Source of the DNA: Glycera tridactyla
Taxonomy: Eukaryota
Assembly (NCBI GenBank): GCA_965644265.1
Contig: OZ286475.1
Location: 31,496,001 to 31,560,000 of the forward strand
DNA length: 64,000 nt
Direction of reading: 5' to 3'
Shown piece by piece: positions 9,601-16,517 of the stretch. Every line of letters starts with the position of its first letter. Positions within the stretch are counted from its first letter, which is position 1. The notes beneath the pieces were generated by a model. It saw only the letters and a list, made by a program, of their open reading frames with translations, searched no databases and was not told the DNA's origin. The position numbers and the translations under genes were made by a program.

Positions 9601-11593
9601 CCCTGTATATGATGACATAAGTAAAACTGAGTTGGTACAGGAGGTGTATGATAGTGTTCCATGTCCTCATGATTATAACATATCAAAGTGTGCTCAGGAG
9701 TGGTATCAACCAGTAAGTGTGGATAATAATATCAATCCAGAAGCAGTATTTGGTAAGATGGTAACTAGGGCTCAGAATAAACAGTCTGATGAGCAAACTC
9801 AGGTGAATTTCAATTCAGAGAATTTGCCTGATCAGGCAGGTGCTGAACAGATATGTTTGAAACCAGAGGTTCGGACAGGTTCTGTATATGATATAGTTGA
9901 GGATGAAGTCCCAAACATACATCTGCTGAGCTGTGAAGTTGATAATGAAAAGTTGATATCTGAGGGGCAACAGAAAAATATGCAAATACAGCCTATATGG
10001 GCTTATCTCAGTGATGGTTCTTTGCCAACTGATGAGAATTTAGCACGAGCTGTGGTTTTGGAAGCCCAAACCTGTGAAATGTTCAATGGTGTGCTCTATA
10101 AGACAGGGAGTATGAAGACCAAGAGACCAAAACAGTATGTTCCCCCATTGAGATTGTGGCTCCCACATCAAATGCAGGATGAACTATTGAAAAGGTACCA
10201 TGATAGTGCCACATCAGGACATATGTCCACAGCCAAAATGTATGAAAGTATCAAAGACAAGTATTACATGCCAAAATTGTTTCAGGTTTGTGATGAATAC
10301 AGAAAAACTTGTACAGTCTGTCAAAAACTTAAAAGAACAATCCAAGAAAAACAGGTGCAGAGACCACGAGAAGTACCCCAATATCCTTTTGATTCTATCA
10401 GTTTGGATTTCTTTGGCCCAATTATGACTTCTTATTTGGGGAATGAATACATTTTGGTTGTAATTGATGAACTGACCAAATTTGTGATATTACGGCCAGT
10501 GAGCACCCCTGAGGCAGTACAGACAGCTGATGTTTTGGTGAGAGACATAATTGCCACCTTTGGGATACCTAGATATATTTTCACAGATCAAGGGGCAGCT
10601 TTCACTAGTAAGTTATTGACTAGACTTTGTACAGCTTTGGCCATAAAGCAGACCTATGCTCCAGTTGGTCACCATTCGTCCACCGGACTGGTGGAGAGAG
10701 CAGGTCAAACAGTCATGCAGATGTTATTAGCCCTGGTAAAAGATACCAAAAGAGATTGGGAAGACCTCTTACCAGCTGTTCAAATTGCCTTCAATACCAC
10801 TCCAAATCTGACTTCATACCTGACCCCATATAGTTGTGTGTATGGGAGATTGCCCTATCAGTTAGAGGAACAAATGGTGACAGCATTGATGGAAGGAGAT
10901 GATGGCAATGAGGCTAATGTGTATTTGACAAGATTAGGACATCAGATAGGGACCATTTTGGATACACAAAAGGCAAGATTGGATGAACATAGGAGGATAG
11001 TCATGAAGGGAAACAATGAGGATTTTGTTGCACTTCACTATGAGATAGGTAGCCTGGTATATGCAAGAAACATGAGAAAAACAAGAAAAAGTGAGGAAAA
11101 TTGGGTGGGTCCACTGGAAATAGTGGCCAAACCCTCCAATCAGATTGTGAAGTTGGTGTGGCCAGAAACAAAGAAATCTTACCACACTAAATTTGTACAT
11201 GTGGATGACCTAAAACCCCAGTATACAAGAGTATTGAAGGTGACTGAAGCTGATGAGATAGATAAGAGTGACAAGGTTGTTGTAGATAGAGTAGATGAAC
11301 AAGAAGCATTAGAATCTCCCAAAATGTGCCTGCAAGATAGAAACAAGATTAGAGCTCCACAGTTATATGGAGAACCAGTTGCTACACTGGAGAGTGATGA
11401 AACAGATGATCCAGAAAGTAAATATCAGAAAGTCAAGAAAATCCTAGGCAGACGGATAGATGAACATGGCAAAATGATGTATAAAGTGCAGTTTTTGGGG
11501 TATGGACCACAAGAGGCTTTGTGGTTGCCTACCCAGTGTTTGAATGAAATGGCAATTAAGATAGGTGAGAATACTCCTTATTTGTTACAGTAG
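6668..11593 (+). CDS. pol: Pol polyprotein: aspartic protease, dUTPase-like segment, RT, RNase H, integrase, C-terminal chromodomain (frame open from 6419; probably expressed as Gag-Pol)
   Basis: MLDSGA protease (7013); YRFTVDFRFLN / FKRLPMGL / YVDD (8399) RT; LHTDAC...TELEMLAV...VTDHSAL RNase H; H-H-CTVC zinc finger and SLDF...TDQG...GLVER DDE integrase; WVGPLEI GPY/F motif; YQKVKKILGRR...YKVQFLGYGPQEALWLP chromodomain. Confidence 0.97.
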   Translation: MLSCVEPPKNNSVSVVQCAESRVFENDVTPAVTGEVTNSLDEPDTPVPEYMENECENGQITDTVIPKQDCDYDIVPVFRKKTLNIHLGSLDDPEYEEPLHIEATVGRSTICRAMLDSGAAANYMSYKVYEAVRYCDELVQENFESPTYGQLGNGTSFEILGYVLCEIQVRNQQYLVEFGVVNELTSEVIFGMPFMNETVHSINFARGEVQIEPSRVVRAARKLKMHSDTRQPVEGYIGSDIPDDTTGIFTPSSSLTDHWMAMPNALVKVLQGVIVCEIMYLGPMDNVLPEGEILGTFQPLMDEHEVIYLRAPAEQQATPSGEVFHPSVLNAMKGVSSSKEMGDRISLEDLSENDREFIESFDWSNSILSEHEKQRIYVLLLKYKPAFVCEEYPKVGCTDLVRYRIELKEDAKPFTSRPYRLDPEKTKALKAQLDRLLEDDIIEVARSEYSSPVLLIRKPADKVKGCSDLYSQYRFTVDFRFLNKQIKGDVYHLPDIRTLQDSLGAMSTPRIISSFDADRAFYQIKLEKESRPVTAFTTPLGDMQFKRLPMGLSVAPSVWSRLIGLVLAGLDPLHISCYVDDIIIATETIEDHLVKMEQVLQRLSDARIKLKPSKAEIGVEKLKYLGYEVSKDGMTISLDRRQAIARLKRPTTRKMVKSQLGMFGFFRRFVSKFSQIARPLYELTKESVKFEWDETAEEAWQTLKDKLLNPPVLAYPVIGWLYRLHTDACYEGTSYMLTQVMPEEEWHNRNPNATKNPTIRDREHPVLYGSGSLHGYQKNYTVTELEMLAVIRGVECNEYYLRPPVEFEMVTDHSALTYMFNMKVPPPRIARWVAYLQNFNFKVVHVPGRENVVPDVLSRMTNTDERTQSPALEDPCFPYEQEVVGRNNVPKLNTLINMMSVDQEEREPVRLKSEMFMQISPVEIAELNTLETLTVDQKKREPVRYRSEMFMQIFPVETAEGELDNGDVSLSKDILLAPPVYDDISKTELVQEVYDSVPCPHDYNISKCAQEWYQPVSVDNNINPEAVFGKMVTRAQNKQSDEQTQVNFNSENLPDQAGAEQICLKPEVRTGSVYDIVEDEVPNIHLLSCEVDNEKLISEGQQKNMQIQPIWAYLSDGSLPTDENLARAVVLEAQTCEMFNGVLYKTGSMKTKRPKQYVPPLRLWLPHQMQDELLKRYHDSATSGHMSTAKMYESIKDKYYMPKLFQVCDEYRKTCTVCQKLKRTIQEKQVQRPREVPQYPFDSISLDFFGPIMTSYLGNEYILVVIDELTKFVILRPVSTPEAVQTADVLVRDIIATFGIPRYIFTDQGAAFTSKLLTRLCTALAIKQTYAPVGHHSSTGLVERAGQTVMQMLLALVKDTKRDWEDLLPAVQIAFNTTPNLTSYLTPYSCVYGRLPYQLEEQMVTALMEGDDGNEANVYLTRLGHQIGTILDTQKARLDEHRRIVMKGNNEDFVALHYEIGSLVYARNMRKTRKSEENWVGPLEIVAKPSNQIVKLVWPETKKSYHTKFVHVDDLKPQYTRVLKVTEADEIDKSDKVVVDRVDEQEALESPKMCLQDRNKIRAPQLYGEPVATLESDETDDPESKYQKVKKILGRRIDEHGKMMYKVQFLGYGPQEALWLPTQCLNEMAIKIGENTPYLLQ

Positions 11594-12640
11594 CAATCTT
11601 GTGAAGATCATGAGATTAGGCTCTAATTTCCATGATCATGATTTGCACAGTGGTTGTGGTAGGATTGATTTGGTGGTAGTTGTGAATGAGGCTCCAGATG
11701 TGATTGATACAGCAGAGGAAATCTGCTGACCTCAATGATTGGGTTGTGGAAGAATATCCTGGTACTTTGAGATCCTATAGACCTAAGTTAAGAGGTCCCC
11801 CTGAAATGTATTGGGCTGGCTTATATTAACATCGATCAAACAGTACAAGTATTGAGTCAAGTGCTAGCTGTTTAGTATGTGGAGGGAAATGAGGTGATTT
11901 TGAACAGGTTTTACTGGAAATTTAGTGATTCTGTACAGATTTACTAAATGAGGTGATTCTGTGCAGGTTTTACTGGAATGAGGTGATTATGTGCAGGATG
12001 CACTAGAGTGAATGGGGAGTGGCCCCACATGCATATGTGTTCAACTAAGGAAACTCTGAGAAAAGGCCTGATATGGCTACTGTGATTGTTTGCATGAGAT
12101 GAACAGAAATGTAGCCTGTGAAAGGATTATTACTCTACCCTATAGCAAAGTTTGAAAATGGAATTATGTGATGAACATAAAATGCCCTGAAATCCTGGTC
12201 TGAATAAAGTGTGTTGTTAGTGGTGTGTGAGCTCAGTCACGTAGCTCAAGAAAAGGGAGGAATGTTAATCGAGAATAATGTGATGCGAGGCAATGTGATG
12301 TGAGGAACCCCAAAGTGAAGTGACAGTACCATGGCGCCAGTTGGCACTGTATGTCAAGTGCCTGGAAGGATAGCCTTACTGGAGACGTCTAGCAATTACT
12401 CCTAACATGAAACATGCAGGGTCACAAACATTTAAATAACACCCATGTGTCAGGGTTCAGATTTTATAGATCATGCAGAAGTAAAAAACAGACCATGGAT
12501 ACAAGACCCTGGATGGGCAAAGGAACAAGTTAGGGTAGAATCTGCTCCTGCTGGGGTGACCTGGTTAGTTGTAGCAGACGATGAAGCATGGAAAAAATGA
12601 TAGTGCAGGAAGGCAAGACAAGTGAGAGTTCAGTGTAAGA

Positions 12641-12900
12641 AGTGAAGATAGGTGAGAAAATAGATAAGAAATGTGAAACAAGTGAAGATAGGTGAGAAAA
12701 TAGATAAGAAATGTGAAACAAGTGAAGATAGGTGAGAAAATAGATAAGAAATGTGAAACAAGTGAAGATAGGTGAGAAAATAGATAAGACATGTGAGACA
12801 AGTGAAGATAAGTGAGAAAATAGAGAAGGCATGTGAGACAAGTGAAGATAAGTGAGTAAAAAGAGAAGATGAGTAGGACCAGTGAAGATAAGCAAGAATA
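12641..12900. repeat. Purine-rich 40-bp tandem array inside the LTR element
   Basis: AGTGAAGATAGGTGAGAAAATAGATAAGAAATGTGAAACA repeated with period 40 (starts 12641, 12681, 12721, 12761, 12801, then degenerate copies). Confidence 0.9.
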
Positions 12901-13299
12901 GTGGAGATAAGTGAAGATAGTGAAGAGAATATTGAAGATAAGAGAGAATGAAGAAAAGAAGTAAGAACAATGAAGAAAAGTGAGAATGGTCAAAAGTGAG
13001 AAGAGACATATGAGGAAAGTGAGATGAGACATGTGAGACAAGTCAGAAAAGACATGGGAGACTAGTGAGAATTATGAGAAATTATGTTATTTACAACACA
13101 ACAAACAGGTTATAGCAGACATTGCACTGGCAGGTGGTTTCCAATCTCCATGGATTGTTGAATGGTTGAATACTTGTGCATGATATTCCGAAATTGAATT
13201 CCAGGGTTGTCAACTGGAATAGAATTAATCTTGATAGGCTAGTCACTTCATAAGGTCAGAGGGAATGAACAGGAAGGGGTTCACCCAGAAGGGGGTGAA

Positions 13300-13665
13300 A
13301 TGGAATCGAGATGGTGCCCAGACAGAGGTCAAGAGTCAGGTTTAATGGTTGAGCAGGGTGTGTGCTTGCCAGATATGAGGGTGAGTTACCCTTTCTTTAG
13401 GCATCTGGTAGCTGGAGACATCGGATTTTTTTTATGGACTGAGGTGTTCTTGGTGGGATTATTACTGCTACTACTACTACTACTACTACTACTGAGACTA
13501 TCATTATTGCTACTACTACTACTACTACTACACCTATTACTGCTACTGCTGTTGATACTGCTGCTGCTATTACTACTATTGTCACCAGTGGGGATATTAT
13601 TCTTCTTATATTTCTTATATATCCATTTTAATCGGATTAGGTTACATGATGCAGAAACAGGATGA
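13300..13665 (+). CDS. Possible 121-aa poly-leucine membrane protein
   Basis: ATG-initiated ORF with 37 Leu in 41 codons (13459-13581). Most departures from CTA are synonymous Leu codons. Overlaps the start of the next ORF. Confidence 0.35.
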   Translation: MESRWCPDRGQESGLMVEQGVCLPDMRVSYPFFRHLVAGDIGFFLWTEVFLVGLLLLLLLLLLLLRLSLLLLLLLLLHLLLLLLLILLLLLLLLSPVGILFFLYFLYIHFNRIRLHDAETG

Positions 13666-14350
13666 CAAGGTAGGGCCCCGCATTGCCATATATGTGGCTA
13701 ATGATTACAAAATGAAACTCTTAACCACATACTTTAAACAGGTGGAACAGAGGAGGGCAACCCCAACAGATTTGGCCGAATGGTTGCAACCTGTACCAGA
13801 GATGATGGGAGGTAAATGCTGTAGGGATAGACATGACATGTTATACATGGTGACTGTGGAGAGAATTGAGGAAATGTACCAAAAAATAGATAATTTTGTG
13901 AAAGATATAGAAATTGTTCATGGGGAACTGGGAAGTCTGACTCTCCTGATTGATGTAGGAGATAGTGAAGTTGAAGAGTTAACGATGGCAAACAAAGATA
14001 TGGCATTCAAAATAGCCGATGAACTACTCCAGGATTGTTTATGTCTGTACTACGGAATGGCAGACAAGGTTTGTATTGTGGGCGGAGGGCCCAGTAGAAC
14101 TGAGAATGCTCAGGTGGAGTCGAGGAATATGGCCAACTTTAATGCGAGATTAGAATGGTCACTTGGCCAGCTACAGATGGATAAGATAGTGTTCAATCCA
14201 GTGAGGCCATTGTGGGAGAAGCATGAAAGTGAGCCATGGGAATGGACCGACGATGGCCGAACACTTTCGCTCAAAAAGTCTTTTTGGATATACAATCCGG
14301 CCTATGAGTATTTCAAATTGGTCCTGCAAATGTTGCTGAATGGGAACTAA
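13646..14350 (+). CDS. Accessory ORF (234 aa), SGNH/GDSL hydrolase-like fold with degenerate catalytic residues
   Basis: Motif order matches SGNH blocks: RIAIYVAND (block I GDS position), LTLLIDVGDSE (block III GxND), KVCIVGGGPSR, ANFNARL, IVFNPVRPLW, WTDDGRTLS (block V DGxH with H>T). Intact sense ORF between pol and env. Confidence 0.65.
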   Translation: MMQKQDDKVGPRIAIYVANDYKMKLLTTYFKQVEQRRATPTDLAEWLQPVPEMMGGKCCRDRHDMLYMVTVERIEEMYQKIDNFVKDIEIVHGELGSLTLLIDVGDSEVEELTMANKDMAFKIADELLQDCLCLYYGMADKVCIVGGGPSRTENAQVESRNMANFNARLEWSLGQLQMDKIVFNPVRPLWEKHESEPWEWTDDGRTLSLKKSFWIYNPAYEYFKLVLQMLLNGN

Positions 14351-16517
14351 GGATGGGTACAGGTCCCTTTTGAGTCAGACATCTTACAACATTATAGCTT
14401 GCATGCATAATTATTAGTAAATTTTGAATTTTTCCTTTGTGCTGGGCACATTTCACTATTGTGTCATGCACAATTCACTATTCTGTCATGTACATTTCAC
14501 AATTGCCTAGAGCATCTTTCACTATTGTGTCATGCACATTTCTCTACTGTGGTATCGAATTGTGCAAACTCCAACATTGCAGTTGTCGCTGTTGAATAAT
14601 CTACAGCAGATTTTGTTTGGAGGTTTGTGTTCTGATTTTGTAGTTGCATCCAGGGGGTAGTGGGGTGACAAACACATCGATATATCAAAGGACAAGATTT
14701 TCTGAGTACCACATAAAAACAAAATAACAATGAATAATGGGATGGTAGTGAAGCAAAACATGGTGACCTGAAATGTGGAATGAACTGGGAATGGTTAGAA
14801 CAATTTACAACAACATCTTAGAAAAAAAGAAGAAGAGCATAGTGCCAAGTAAGACACGATGACATGCCACAAAACAGATGAACCACTCTTGTAGCCCCAT
14901 GTAAATTTGTTCATAAAACAATTCACAGTTCATTTTCTTTACTTGCAAATTTATTACAATGACTTTATTTGACAGCAGCATGACTTGAGACACTGGAACA
15001 ATGATGAACTGGATCATAGATATGGTATTAATGATGTGTTGCTTTGGGCTGAATATGGACTGCAGTCGTATTATGCATGTATGTTTTATAAATTGATTGA
15101 TTAATGCATGTTAGTTAAGTTTTGAGATAGGATGACCCGATATGAGCTGACAGATTGCTATTGGAACATGGATAGTTGAATATACTGGTTCCCATCTGAA
15201 TGTGAGTGCAGATGGACTATTTGCATGAAGAATATGAGGTTTGGTACCCTACCTTAGATTGGATGGGTTGAGATGTAAAGGAACTGCATGATACTATCAT
15301 GTTTGATATACCAGTGGCCCATTTGGAAGTAAGTGTCAATTGGGCTATTGACTGCCATGATAGCATGAACCAAGTAGATTCATTGAATTTTACAACAGCA
15401 GTGGTATGCATGAATATATGATATTCGCTGTTGTTCATTGTCTTGTGTTTTTGGTTTGTGGGGGTGGTGCCTGCAAGGGAGAAACAATCTATGTCATCAC
15501 ACTTCCACAGATCTCACAAGAAAGTCTACCCTTGGTAGGTTTGGATGAAGGAGTCAGAGGGTCATTGCATGGAAACACATATAGTCAAGGGTGAGTTAAG
15601 GAACAAGTTGCATGAGTTGCATGGAAGTATATACGCGCTAATATATATCTGTCCCGCTGCATTATAGACCTTGGTGGTGGATGTGAATGAAGCCTGAATA
15701 GAACACCAATCATCTAATAGTGAAGCATTTTGAAGTTCTATTTGCATGCATTCTGAGCAGAGGGGTGAGTCCTGCTCAGTAATGGTTTGTGCATGGTCTA
15801 TGATTATGAAGTAAGGTCATTTTGATTGTATACAGCACTGAGTATCCATAAATGTTCACATATACTTCACAATTAATTGGTTAAATTTGGTGATGATTCA
15901 ATTGATTCCGGGTTGATAGCATTTTATGGAGTAGTTTGGCTGCCTGACAGGGCTAGTGAACCTGGAAAGATGTGTGGGGTTCCCAGTTGGATACAGAACC
16001 AATTGGAATGTGGTGTCCCACATATGCTATTCTTGTTGCGCAGAAGACAAAAGAAAAAAAAAGTTTCATATGAATCATTGGGGTGTGCCAGCTACCCCCT
16101 AGATGGCACAAGGGTATGGTTGACTCCTGAAACTTAATCCAGTAGAGGGGGCTGTTCAGACTATTGTAATGTAACATTGATTTTATCCATTAGAGGGGTT
16201 GTTAGAAGGCTTTGATGAGCACACTATGACAGTTGAAGTGGGATTCTGATTAAAGGACTTGATATTTTATTGATTAATTTGCATTTGATATATGAGTTTT
16301 GTTATAAATGGTAAGATTTACAGATGCTGAACCTGAAGAGAAAGAAACCGCGGTGGGTAAGCTATGGTGTGCCATTGGTGCACTGGTTAACTACATAAAA
16401 CATTTAGGTACGTATGGGTATTGTAAGTGCGCATTCTTCCTGCTGGCGTGAGCTTATAAGTTGAAACTTTGTAATCACTCCTGCCAAATCTTTGGTAATC
16501 AAGGGCATGAGAAGATC

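Noticed and set aside
12530-13041. Two hydrophobic ~159-aa minus-strand ORFs
   Set aside because: By-product of the purine-rich 40-bp array; the unit is not a multiple of 3.
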